A DNA stretch of 64,000 nt from Candidatus Moraniibacteriota bacterium (GCA_038208115.1 JBBQZC010000004.1:10530-74529), one strand, 5' to 3'. Positions 52,920-62,349 are shown, counted from the first letter of the stretch. Numbers and translations: made by a program. Notes: generated by a model from the letters alone, not told the origin.

Positions 52920-53813
52920 TTAATCATTAGCAAATCTTTTTTTCAACCATCTCAAAACCAGATTGGATAGCTCATATTCTTTATTAACATACATATGATT
53001 CGCCCCATCTAAAATTGATAGATCAAAGTCAGTGCAACTAGTCGCTTTTTGTTTGATAAGATTCAGATCATCTTTTAATGATCGAATAATAATATCATCA
53101 TGCTCTCCCATAAATGCAAAAATTGGAATATGGATTTGTGACAATTCCTCAAAAACATCAGGATTTCTCAATAATGGCAGATTATCAGCAAAGCTGCCAT
53201 CTACACATAAATCAAGAAATGTCTGCGAACTGATAAAATACCATTCCCAAAGCATTGAATGTAAAATCTTTCTGCAATCTCCATTTTCCACATTTTTTCG
53301 AGCCTCTATCAACATTTCATCATAATTTGGTTGGTATTTTTGTAATTTAGAAAGTCCCACCATATCAGGAGGTGACGCTAATATTATGCCAGATACATTG
53401 TTTTGATTATGTACTAAATAATGAATTATTTTATTACAACCCAAACTGTGTCCCATGAGTATGATCTCTTCATACCCAATATTTTTTGCTTGATTAATCC
53501 ATAAATCAATATCATAAGAGCATTCCTGAAATCGTTCGTAAATTTGACCAATTCTCACTGTCTTGTCACCTTCCATATCCAACGTTCTGATGTCATTTAT
53601 ATGTCCAAACCCCCTATTATGTCCAAAGATAAAACCATAGCCACTCTCAGATAATTGGTCCCCAAGAATTTCTGCAAAATAATTTTCGATAATATTTTCA
53701 GACATGCCATGTATCAATATCACACATGTTTTTTTCAATGCAGATTCCCAATGAAATCCCTGCAAATTAAGATTGTCTTTCGTGTAACCATGTAAAATTT
53801 TAACATGTGTCAT
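52920..53813 (-). CDS. alpha/beta-fold hydrolase
   Basis: Nucleophile elbow 'LMGHSLGCN'. His and Asp lie in the C-terminal third. Confidence 0.7.
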   Translation of the reverse strand: MTHVKILHGYTKDNLNLQGFHWESALKKTCVILIHGMSENIIENYFAEILGDQLSESGYGFIFGHNRGFGHINDIRTLDMEGDKTVRIGQIYERFQECSYDIDLWINQAKNIGYEEIILMGHSLGCNKIIHYLVHNQNNVSGIILASPPDMVGLSKLQKYQPNYDEMLIEARKNVENGDCRKILHSMLWEWYFISSQTFLDLCVDGSFADNLPLLRNPDVFEELSQIHIPIFAFMGEHDDIIIRSLKDDLNLIKQKATSCTDFDLSILDGANHMYVNKEYELSNLVLRWLKKRFAND

Positions 53814-53949
53814 AGGAATACTAATTATATTTATATGAGCAAATCATATCACAAAAAGTTATCCATCTCTACCTTCCTATGCAAAAATTGACTATTCAGA
53901 ACAGTCCTAGCTACATACTTTTGAACATAAAAAATGTCACAATATAAAC

Positions 53950-53977
53950 AAAAAACACACATTAAATGTGTTTTTTT
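53950..53977 (-). terminator. Rho-independent terminator downstream of the Cys-rich membrane protein gene
   Basis: aaaaaacacacatt-aaatgtgttttttt hairpin. Confidence 0.45.
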
Positions 53978-54047
53978 GCATTCGCGGAGAGGGTGGGACG
54001 ATGTTGGAACGTTTTTAGAAGAGAATAAAGAATTCTATTACATTACA

Positions 54048-55343
54048 TTATAAAGTTTCATTACATTTTTCTGAAAAAACACATCCGTTTTTAGTACATC
54101 TCAAATTTTCCATTCCACTACATTCAGGATAATTTTTACAGTCCAAAGTATAACTCCATTCACCATCATTATAATCAACAATCCATTTTGCATCACTTTG
54201 AACTTTTCCGCAAGAATCTCCGCCTATAAAAGGCCAACTCATCGGACTATATCCCGGACAAATAAACCCCAATCCATTTTCTGTTCCCTTTATGATACCT
54301 CCATTCCCGTCACACTCTTTAGTATACTGTAATGCATTTTTAACTGATTTTTTTATTGTGGATACCTGAGAAAATCTTTGTGACCTAACATGAGTCGTAT
54401 CGCCATTGGTAACTTCTTCTTGAAGTATCTCTTGATATCTTTCATATTCGCTTATTTCCCTATTTTGCAATTCAGAATTTTGCACATCACTGTGACTAAT
54501 TTTTTCAGCATCCCTTCTTTTTAGTTCATCTTCACAATCACTCCTTTTTTTGCCCCATGGCATTTTATGACACCTGCTCTGATTAACCTCCTCATAACAC
54601 TCTACTCTTATGTTCTCATTTTTTACTAGGTCGTCACAAATACTCTTATTCACCTTTTCTTCCGCAAAATCAACATAACAATATTCTCTATCAGTTTCAT
54701 TGAGAATACCATCACATTGAGTCGCATTAACGTAATTTTCCTCTTCATAATCAAAAATAACACTCTCATAGCACATTTTTTTATCATACTGTGATTTTAT
54801 TTTTGCACATATATTTTCATCTCTATATCTGTAAGCTTTATTATCGTAACAAGCATCCTTCTCATCATTAGCAAAATAATCGCAGTTATCCAATCTAATA
54901 GCTATAGATCCCATAATAATGAAATTCAATATGAATAAAATGAAAAAGGTACCAGCAATAATTTTATACCTGCTAATATTGTATTTAGATTTAACAGCTC
55001 TTCCTATATAAGAACCAGCGATAACACTACCAATAATGCCAGGAAATACTAAAATTAAAAAGAAAGGTATTAGCATTACTACTAAAGATGCGGCAAGACC
55101 AATAGAGATAATAATACTACGTATATATTTTTCAGTTGCCAGTGCAGACAAAAAGCCAAGTTGTAAAAAGATTACATAGAAATATGACTGGTATCTATTA
55201 ATACCCATTACGCCATAAAAATGATTAAATATAGCAATACTTGCTCCATAAGAAAAAAGGATCAGAAGTATTAAATAAATATCTAGATTTCTTATTAAAT
55301 GGCGTCCTGCCGCATTATTAAAATACTGCATATTACTTTTCAT
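54048..55343 (-). CDS. membrane-anchored cysteine-rich repeat protein (hypothetical)
   Basis: N-terminal 4-5 TM helices. External domain has four ~30-aa repeats with a 'CY...IC' spacing, plus a C-terminal Cys-rich module ('CDGNGG...CPGY...CGK...C'). Confidence 0.45.
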   Translation of the reverse strand: MKSNMQYFNNAAGRHLIRNLDIYLILLILFSYGASIAIFNHFYGVMGINRYQSYFYVIFLQLGFLSALATEKYIRSIIISIGLAASLVVMLIPFFLILVFPGIIGSVIAGSYIGRAVKSKYNISRYKIIAGTFFILFILNFIIMGSIAIRLDNCDYFANDEKDACYDNKAYRYRDENICAKIKSQYDKKMCYESVIFDYEEENYVNATQCDGILNETDREYCYVDFAEEKVNKSICDDLVKNENIRVECYEEVNQSRCHKMPWGKKRSDCEDELKRRDAEKISHSDVQNSELQNREISEYERYQEILQEEVTNGDTTHVRSQRFSQVSTIKKSVKNALQYTKECDGNGGIIKGTENGLGFICPGYSPMSWPFIGGDSCGKVQSDAKWIVDYNDGEWSYTLDCKNYPECSGMENLRCTKNGCVFSEKCNETL

Positions 55344-55468
55344 TTTTATATAACTATAAATAAATTATATCATAAATTTTTACACAAAAAATCATATATG
55401 GGTTGTGTGATCTTGTTGGCGGTGTTTCTTGGACGAAGTTGGAACTTTTTTGATGAATTTTGATATTA

Positions 55469-56514
55469 TTACTTAGCTACTAATTTTTCATGTACCAACT
55501 GAATTTGTTCTACCATATCAGCCACCACAGCATCTTCCATATTATTTACCAGTGGCACTAATGACATAAATAGTACATCGCCTTCCACTACAAGATCAAT
55601 ACCTAATTGTAATGCGATTTCTTTGCATTTCAATTGAAAATTGCTGGAAATTTTCCAACTGTCTCCATCAATTTCTTGAACTAAAAGCCAAAATGGTGTG
55701 TTTGCATTTTTGCCCATAGATCCATTTTCATACAAACTGCAAATCCTATATTTTCTATGCCAAAATATCTATGATAACCACCATATCTCTGAGCTGTTCT
55801 ATTCAGCATATGCATATCACCCCCTAATTGATTATTCAATTCATCCACCACATTATCCACAATATCATAATAAGAGTGAATTTGTTTTGGGATATCTTGT
55901 GATAAATCTTTATCCATAATTGGTTTAAATGAATTATTATCTATTATATCGCAGAAGCCTATTATTTGATTAACGTCAGAAATCAAAAATGGATCGTTCT
56001 CATATGTCATTTTTGATTTGATTTGATTGAGAACTTTATTCCAACTTTTAAACAAAATGTATTGATTAGTCGATACAATTCTTATTTTTCTTTTTTTTGC
56101 ATCAACTTCAATACCTGAATATTCTTTTTGTATTTTTTGTAAAACTTCATCAAAAACAGCTCTTATTCTTAAGGTTGGCACTAAAAAAATCAGAACTGTA
56201 TCATTATCCAATCTCTCCAAATATCCACTTGGTTGATTGTGTGTCAAAGATGCCCAAAACTTAGCTTCAATTAAAACTACTTCTTTACCATCCTCATCTA
56301 CCCCACTTATATCAGGTCGTTCTAAATTATCACCAGAACTTTGATTCTTATATAGCAATTTAGGAAAAGTAAGATCCGTATTTGAACTAATAATTTCATT
56401 AATCACATTTCCAGATTCAATTGAATTATTTAAAATATAAGCCAAACCCTCAGATGCGATATCCTCTTGAGAACCTTTGATTTTATTATAAAATAATCCT
56501 AATAATGATTGCAT
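55469..56514 (-). pseudogene. PD-(D/E)xK-like nuclease-fold protein, apparently split by a frameshift (55681-56514 and 55469-55735 overlap)
   Basis: 'GVDEDGKEVVLIEAKFW' fits D...ExK. The 277-aa and 88-aa ORFs overlap by 55 nt in different frames. Confidence 0.3.
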
Positions 56515-56520
56515 GTCTAT

Positions 56521-56859
56521 CTACTTTTTATCTGGTAAAATATTGTGTAATTTCTTGTATGCATATGTATTTTCTTCAGTACACCGATTAATAATATCAC
56601 CCATATGCCAATATGTTAATCCATCATATTTGAAATATTTTTGTTTTGTATCATAAAAAAAATCATCATATCCGTAAACATCAATATGATTTGCAAGGTC
56701 TAAAAATAATTCATTATCAACATTCTCCTGGACAATGTATTCATGAGGCCATGTATCTGCATAGGTTTTGGCAAATATCCATTCCTGATCTTCAATGAAT
56801 TCCTTTATTTTTTTTGATAATTCTTTTTTCATTTCATCGTATATTAATATAATCATCAT
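56521..56859 (-). CDS. hypothetical protein
   Basis: 112-aa intact ORF adjacent to tRNA-Ser. Confidence 0.4.
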   Translation of the reverse strand: MMIILIYDEMKKELSKKIKEFIEDQEWIFAKTYADTWPHEYIVQENVDNELFLDLANHIDVYGYDDFFYDTKQKYFKYDGLTYWHMGDIINRCTEENTYAYKKLHNILPDKK

Positions 56860-56904
56860 ACCACAAAAAGTTCTAGCGTCCCTACCTCCCTATTCAAAAA
56901 AGCC

Positions 56905-56929
56905 CATTAAAATGGGCTTAATTTCTTCG
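56905..56929 (-). terminator. Rho-independent terminator downstream of tRNA-Ser
   Basis: agcccatt-aaa-atgggctt hairpin followed on the minus strand by T6. Confidence 0.5.
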
Positions 56930-56939
56930 CGGAGAGGGA

Positions 56940-57028
56940 GGGATTCGAACCCTCGGACCGGTTTGACCCAGTCAACTGATTTCGAGTCAGTCCCATTCGA
57001 CCTCTCTGGCACCTCTCCATTTATTCAA
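56940..57028 (-). tRNA. tRNA-Ser (anticodon CGA)
   Basis: Reverse complement gives GGAGAGG acceptor stem, anticodon stem ACTGA/TCAGT with loop CTCGAAA, long variable arm, T-arm GAGGG-TTCGAAT-CCCTC and discriminator G. CCA is not encoded. Confidence 0.85.
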
Positions 57029-57043
57029 TATTTTTAACTTGTT

Positions 57044-57208
57044 CGTGTAATCTTTTTAATCAATTTTTGAAATGCCGAATACTCTTTTGTATATACGGTT
57101 TTTTCTTCTTTTTGATCTGAATCATCGACTATATCGCTATAATCATCTTGTGTTATCTCCTCAGAATCACTTTTTTGACCCTTATCATGTGTATTCATAA
57201 TATCGACA
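57044..57208 (-). CDS. possible small acidic protein (54 aa)
   Basis: Manual translation gives MNTHDKGQKSDSEEITQDDYSDIVDDSDQKEEKTVY... with no SD. Confidence 0.15.
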
Positions 57209-57242
57209 ATGGTATCACAATAATCTGAAATTGTCTTGCTTG

Positions 57243-58034
57243 CTACCCAAAAGTCATAAAATTTGCACTTTCATATCGTTTCACAGATTTGTGGAAAAAA
57301 TAGAGAGCAAACACAAGCCATGCAGAAGTGATTGCACATAAGGTAATCGCATTTTGCAAAGATGCGGATTTGAGAATTTCTGCAGGCAATGCTCCGATGA
57401 CAAGTGATGGGATAAGAAATGTATACACAAACCGCATAACGCCGTGAAAAATGCCTCCGTGAAAAAGCGTCGGACTCATAAAAAGATCGAAGAATCCATA
57501 TGTCACAGAAAACGCATCGGTAAAATAAAAACTCATCGAATAAATTATGACGCTCGCAGCAAAAAACATCACAATCGCATTGCCTGCGAGCAATATCACC
57601 ATGAGTAGCTGAACCAATGAAATTCCAGCCATGGCAAAATATACGCCAAAACAAATAATACCAAACAACACATCCCCAACTGCCGATGCGTGGAACACCG
57701 ACGTTGCCACTCGCACAAGTACATTTTTAGGAGAAAGTAAGAAACGATCAAAAGAACCCTCTGCAACATATTGAGGTAATCGTCGCACACCCGAAAAAAA
57801 GGAAAACATAATTCCATAAGAAAATGCGACAAATCCATTCATCCCCACGATATCAACGACTCGCCAACCATTAATCTCACCAACTGATTGCACAAAAATT
57901 ATCCACGTTGCAATGAACGCACCATTATTGATGGCCATGCCGATTACCGTCAGAGTAAAGCTCGTACGAAGCTCAATACCATTTTGAATATTTTTTTTAA
58001 TTGCATAGAATGCAAATTTCAATTCTTTGAACAT
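57243..58034 (-). CDS. ABC-2 family transporter permease
   Basis: Six TM helices, immediately downstream of a paralogous permease and an ABC ATPase. Confidence 0.55.
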   Translation of the reverse strand: MFKELKFAFYAIKKNIQNGIELRTSFTLTVIGMAINNGAFIATWIIFVQSVGEINGWRVVDIVGMNGFVAFSYGIMFSFFSGVRRLPQYVAEGSFDRFLLSPKNVLVRVATSVFHASAVGDVLFGIICFGVYFAMAGISLVQLLMVILLAGNAIVMFFAASVIIYSMSFYFTDAFSVTYGFFDLFMSPTLFHGGIFHGVMRFVYTFLIPSLVIGALPAEILKSASLQNAITLCAITSAWLVFALYFFHKSVKRYESANFMTFG

Positions 58035-58040
58035 ATATTA

Positions 58041-58844
58041 TTAACCACCATTTATAGATATTCTTCTTTGTGCAAATCGATTTACAACATAAAGCGTAAC
58101 CCCACCTATACCAATCCATACAAATTGGATGCCTACATGCATAAGCCACTCTGATTGCCACCATGAATCATTCACTGTATGTGTAATAAATTGTGACGCA
58201 CCAAAAGGGCTCCACAAAGACATTTTATACAAAAAAGGTGGAAATAAAGCGACAGGCAGGTATGCGCCACCCAAGATCATGACTGTCTTATCCACGAGCC
58301 AAAACAGTGGATTAATATCCTCTATCCAAAAAGCGATGAAACCCACTAGCCCATATAAAATAAGCGACAATATAACTGAACCCACAAAAACAAGTAAAAA
58401 AGAAGGGATAAAAATACCGACCATCATCGAATCAGGAATTCCTACCAAAAAAAATAAAAGTATACTACCAAATAGTGATACTACGATGAAGGAACTGAAG
58501 CCATTTCCCATTTGCCAAATCATACGGTAAAAAATGTATGATACCGGTTTTGTAAGAATTGTTTCAACTGTACCTGACTGTACATCCTGCATAATCATTC
58601 GCGCAATCTCTCTCAGACGGAGAGTGGAGAAAGCAAAATAAAAGAAAATACTCCATGCCACAGCAGAATAAGTCGTCCCATGGATTATCCCATTTTTCAA
58701 TTCAAATACATATGCATATAGAATGAGCAAAACGCCACATCGCACGAACATGAGCACTAAATCCATGACTAGCCGTCCCGAATAATGCCAGTGATCCTTG
58801 ATAAGCGTTCCAATGATCTTACGTGCAAATCTGATCTCTTTCAT
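58041..58844 (-). CDS. ABC-2 family transporter permease
   Basis: Six TM helices. The start overlaps the ATPase gene. Confidence 0.55.
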   Translation of the reverse strand: MKEIRFARKIIGTLIKDHWHYSGRLVMDLVLMFVRCGVLLILYAYVFELKNGIIHGTTYSAVAWSIFFYFAFSTLRLREIARMIMQDVQSGTVETILTKPVSYIFYRMIWQMGNGFSSFIVVSLFGSILLFFLVGIPDSMMVGIFIPSFLLVFVGSVILSLILYGLVGFIAFWIEDINPLFWLVDKTVMILGGAYLPVALFPPFLYKMSLWSPFGASQFITHTVNDSWWQSEWLMHVGIQFVWIGIGGVTLYVVNRFAQRRISINGG

Positions 58845-59814
58845 ATAAATGTCTTATTACAGTTTCAAGGTCTGCATCATACACGTCTATATCCCGCACA
58901 TCAAAATCCGCAAGGATCTTTGTAAGTGCGTGCGTAACACTTATTTTATGAATATCAACAGTAACCGATATTTTTTCAGGACTTTTCGTCAAATAACACA
59001 CCCCTTCTGGAAGTGCTGGAAAAATATCAAATTTTTTTTGAGGTATAAGATCAATATATTTTTCAAAAACAAACGTATGTGCAAGCTTTCGCGTCGACAT
59101 ATCCTTGATCACTCGTCCATTATTGATGACGATTGTGCGATCACATAAAAGCTCGATATCCCCCACATCATGAGAAGTAAGAAAAATTGTTGTTCCTTGT
59201 TCCGCATTAATTTTCAGCAAAAGTTCACGCAACATTTTTTTTGCCACAACATCCAATCCAATTGTTGGCTCATCCAAAAGAATAATCTGTGGCCGATGCA
59301 TTAGAGATGCAGCTACTTCTGCACGCATACGCTGTCCGAGAGATAATTTACGCACAGGCTGATCGATGAATTCTCTGAGACCAAACAACTCAACCAGTTC
59401 CGCAATGCGATCCGCAATATATGCATCACTCAGATCGTACATCACCCCAAAAAATTCCAATGAATCAGTCAAAGGGAGATTCGGCAATAATTGCGATCTC
59501 TGTCCAAATACTGTTCCAATATGGTATGCAAGCTTTTTTCTTTCTTTCGTAGGATCAAAACCTAATATATTGATCGAACCCGACGTCGGAAATAAGATTC
59601 CCGTCATCATTTTGATCGTTGTAGATTTTCCTGCACCATTTGGACCGATGAAGGCAACACGCTCTCCACGACCAATCGTAAATGAAATCCTATCCACAGC
59701 ATTCACTGTACGTTTTTTTGGTGACAAAATATTTCTTACCCATCCGAGGGATTTATCCTTGATTGGAAAAGTAAAATTTTTTGATAAGTTTTTTACAACA
59801 ACATCTTGTGGCAT
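58819..59814 (-). CDS. ABC transporter ATP-binding protein
   Basis: Walker A 'GPNGAGKSTTIKMM', signature 'LSLGQRMR', Walker B 'ILLDEPTIGLD' and H-loop 'TSHD'. Confidence 0.9.
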   Translation of the reverse strand: MPQDVVVKNLSKNFTFPIKDKSLGWVRNILSPKKRTVNAVDRISFTIGRGERVAFIGPNGAGKSTTIKMMTGILFPTSGSINILGFDPTKERKKLAYHIGTVFGQRSQLLPNLPLTDSLEFFGVMYDLSDAYIADRIAELVELFGLREFIDQPVRKLSLGQRMRAEVAASLMHRPQIILLDEPTIGLDVVAKKMLRELLLKINAEQGTTIFLTSHDVGDIELLCDRTIVINNGRVIKDMSTRKLAHTFVFEKYIDLIPQKKFDIFPALPEGVCYLTKSPEKISVTVDIHKISVTHALTKILADFDVRDIDVYDADLETVIRHLYERDQICT

Positions 59815-59887
59815 AATTTCAGATCAATGTACTATCTATTCTTTGTAAGTCAACCATAACACACGCGTAACAAAAATTCAAATTGTT

Positions 59888-61165
59888 CTATAGCTCTTTT
59901 TTATTCACTCTAATCCTAATATTTTTTGGAGTTGTGGCCAATAGGAAACCTGCAAGCACTATGCCTATCAATCCTAAAATGCTAAATGCTGCAGAGATAT
60001 TAAGCACTTCTGCAAGAACACCTGCTAAAATAGGTCCCACGACATATCCTGAATTAAAAGAAAAATCTTCTATACCTTCTATTTCACTATCAACTTGTGG
60101 TGCTTCTGAAATATAATCTGCATACGCTGCATTGATCGCTGGCAAGGCAACACTAATGAAACACGACGATACAAATACTGTCACAATCGCAATAACTGGA
60201 TCTGACACATGCACAAATGTGACTAATATCGTTGAACCAATTAACATACCAAGAAGTGCTATTCGTTTCTTTCCAAAACGACGCGTCAGATTTCCGACAA
60301 GCCACCCTACAAAAAGAGCGGGAAGAATATATGCAGTCAGAAACAAACCACTAAATTTACCAAAATCCATTGACTCCACATAAAGAGGCGCCAAGGTCCA
60401 AAAAAAAGCATCTACTAGGGCAAGAAAAAATGTTACGCATAAAACCGGCGTCATTGCTTTACTCAATTTTTTCCACAAACGAACCTCTACTAGTAAATTT
60501 TTCCGACGTTGCACATGTTGATGTCCACTATTCACCACATGATATTTACGCATCAAAAATAAAAGTATGACAAAGAATGCAAAACCGATCCCCAGAAATA
60601 ACCAGCTCATCGCAAATATGCGCCAATCAATTGCTACAGCAATAACCAGACCTGCAAGCAAAGGTGCCAACACACCGCCCATCGATCTAAAAATCTGGAC
60701 TATACCAAAACTCGTTGCATGATCTTCTTTTTTTGTATAACGTCCGACAAAGTTAAAAATACCGAAACCATTGAGATCATAATAAATACCCCACACTGAC
60801 ATCGCAAAGAGAAAAAGCCAGACAGAATTTGCATGTGATAAAATCAATGGATAAAAAAGACATAGAGCAAACATGACAAGAAATATTCTTCTAAAGTCCG
60901 AGCTCTTAAAAATTTTACAAATCAAAAAATCAAAAAATGCTCCACTTATTGACGACGTGCCGATAATCAACCCGATGATACCAACAGAGAAGCCATGCTC
61001 TTCCATAAGCAATGGCGTAACATACGTTAAGATATTATCAAAGAGCGTCCAAAAAAATACAACAAGTGCAAACAAAAAAATTGAAGGCAAATACTCTTTT
61101 TGTTTTCCAAATTTTTCCGTTATATTTATTAGCATAAACAATCTATCTGTAAAAATTAACCACAT
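59888..61165 (-). CDS. MFS transporter
   Basis: Twelve TM helices with two-fold repeat topology. Confidence 0.7.
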   Translation of the reverse strand: MWLIFTDRLFMLINITEKFGKQKEYLPSIFLFALVVFFWTLFDNILTYVTPLLMEEHGFSVGIIGLIIGTSSISGAFFDFLICKIFKSSDFRRIFLVMFALCLFYPLILSHANSVWLFLFAMSVWGIYYDLNGFGIFNFVGRYTKKEDHATSFGIVQIFRSMGGVLAPLLAGLVIAVAIDWRIFAMSWLFLGIGFAFFVILLFLMRKYHVVNSGHQHVQRRKNLLVEVRLWKKLSKAMTPVLCVTFFLALVDAFFWTLAPLYVESMDFGKFSGLFLTAYILPALFVGWLVGNLTRRFGKKRIALLGMLIGSTILVTFVHVSDPVIAIVTVFVSSCFISVALPAINAAYADYISEAPQVDSEIEGIEDFSFNSGYVVGPILAGVLAEVLNISAAFSILGLIGIVLAGFLLATTPKNIRIRVNKKEL

Positions 61166-61211
61166 ACACTTTTATTAAAGCATATTTTTTATCATCGTAA
61201 AACAAAAATCG

Positions 61212-61718
61212 TTATCGATAAATTGCAATGAGCTGTCTAATAATGAGCTCATCTGGCGCAATATATTCTCCAGTAAAATCAAACCACACACGCATAAAAA
61301 CTTCTTTTTCCATTTTTCTCATTTTGCCTATTTCTGGATCTTGAAGATAAATGTATTTATCATCTAATCCCGTCACCACAGAATAATGTCCATCTGCCGA
61401 TGCAATTTCCTCGTCGTAATCATCTCTTCCTCGCGTAAACCAGTCCACAATAACTGGCACGTTCTGAGTAATCCATTTTTCAATATCAGAAAAATCACAA
61501 TAATCCCTGACTTCAACTTTGAACCCTAATTTTTCAGCTGCCAATTTTATTTGTTCATCAGATGTGCCGAGACTTCTGTCAGTTTCAGTTAATATCGCGA
61601 GATCCTCCTCAGATTTGTGTACATTATAATAATCCAAAACAATCTTCAAAGATGCTGGTCCACACATACTTGCATTTAATGTTTCTTGAAATGGTTTAAC
61701 ATCCAATTGTATATTCAT
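61212..61718 (-). CDS. standalone C39-like (papain-fold) cysteine peptidase domain protein
   Basis: 'QETLNASMCGPASLKIVLDYYNV' (Gln/Cys), 'DGHYSVVTG' (His) and 'YLQDPEIG' (Asp) match C39 catalytic residues. Confidence 0.55.
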   Translation of the reverse strand: MNIQLDVKPFQETLNASMCGPASLKIVLDYYNVHKSEEDLAILTETDRSLGTSDEQIKLAAEKLGFKVEVRDYCDFSDIEKWITQNVPVIVDWFTRGRDDYDEEIASADGHYSVVTGLDDKYIYLQDPEIGKMRKMEKEVFMRVWFDFTGEYIAPDELIIRQLIAIYR

Positions 61719-61736
61719 GTGTCCATTAATAAAAAT

Positions 61737-61961
61737 TTACTTTTTTTTCAAATTCAAAATACGATTACATATAACTAATCTCACACCAATCAACTCCAAT
61801 CCAAAAATGATAAGCCATGAACCTGGTGTGAGTGGAGTCACAAGAGCTACAAACCCGATAATAATCAAAATGATACCAGATACCATCTTGATATATGGAT
61901 GATCATGTAGATAATCTTTGTATGTTATAAAAACACCTGTAATTCTTTCGCATTTTTTCAT
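61737..61961 (-). CDS. small inner-membrane protein, YbaN/DUF454-like
   Basis: 74 aa with two TM helices and 'PLTPGSWLIIFG'. Confidence 0.4.
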   Translation of the reverse strand: MKKCERITGVFITYKDYLHDHPYIKMVSGIILIIIGFVALVTPLTPGSWLIIFGLELIGVRLVICNRILNLKKK

Positions 61962-62055
61962 ACCATATTATAACATCTCAATAACCGATTTCACAAAAAA
62001 CGCATCCACCGTTATAGCAGGATGCGTTTCTTGCTTGGTTTGAAAGAACTATCTT

Positions 62056-62349
62056 TTATGAAAGATCCTTCTTTTTTTCTTCAAACTCAGCTTTGTCAAT
62101 CTCTCCCTTTGCATATCGCTCTTTTAAAATATTCAAAGCAGAGTTGTTTATGCCCACTTTATTATGGCCACAATAGCCTGATGAATGTTGCATAACTGCA
62201 TATACGATTGCGCCAATAATCAATAACCAAAATATAAACATAAAAAATTCGCCCATAAATCCATACCCAAAACCATAAAACATATGATTTCCCCACATGC
62301 CACTACTATATGCATATGCGGAACTGATAAAGGGATGTAGCAGACTCAT
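62056..62349 (-). CDS. SHOCT-domain membrane protein
   Basis: C-terminal 'ALNILKERYAKGEIDKAEFEEKKKDL' is the SHOCT motif, preceded by a TM helix. The likely start is internal Met93 of the 189-aa ORF. Confidence 0.5.
   Translation of the reverse strand: MSLLHPFISSAYAYSSGMWGNHMFYGFGYGFMGEFFMFIFWLLIIGAIVYAVMQHSSGYCGHNKVGINNSALNILKERYAKGEIDKAEFEEKKKDLS

Larger units (their letters stand above)
53981..56939 (-). mobile_element. putative tRNA-Ser-associated integrated islet (att-like direct repeats, no integrase retained)
   Basis: 53981-54016 'ttcgcggagagggtgggacgatgttggaacgttttt' repeats 18 of the 19 nt at the tRNA-Ser 3' end (56936-56954 'ttcgcggagagggagggat'). A more degenerate copy is at 55417-55452. 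The cargo between is AT-rich. Confidence 0.35.

Noticed and set aside
53981-54016. Second tRNA gene or tRNA pseudogene
   Set aside because: Only the acceptor/T-stem-like 19-36 nt are present, with no anticodon arm or D-arm. It is interpreted as an att-type partial duplication rather than a tRNA.
53814-57242. Integrase/recombinase for the tRNA-Ser islet
   Set aside because: None of the ORFs in or beside the islet shows tyrosine-recombinase (R…HxxR…Y) or serine-recombinase motifs, so no integrase is called.
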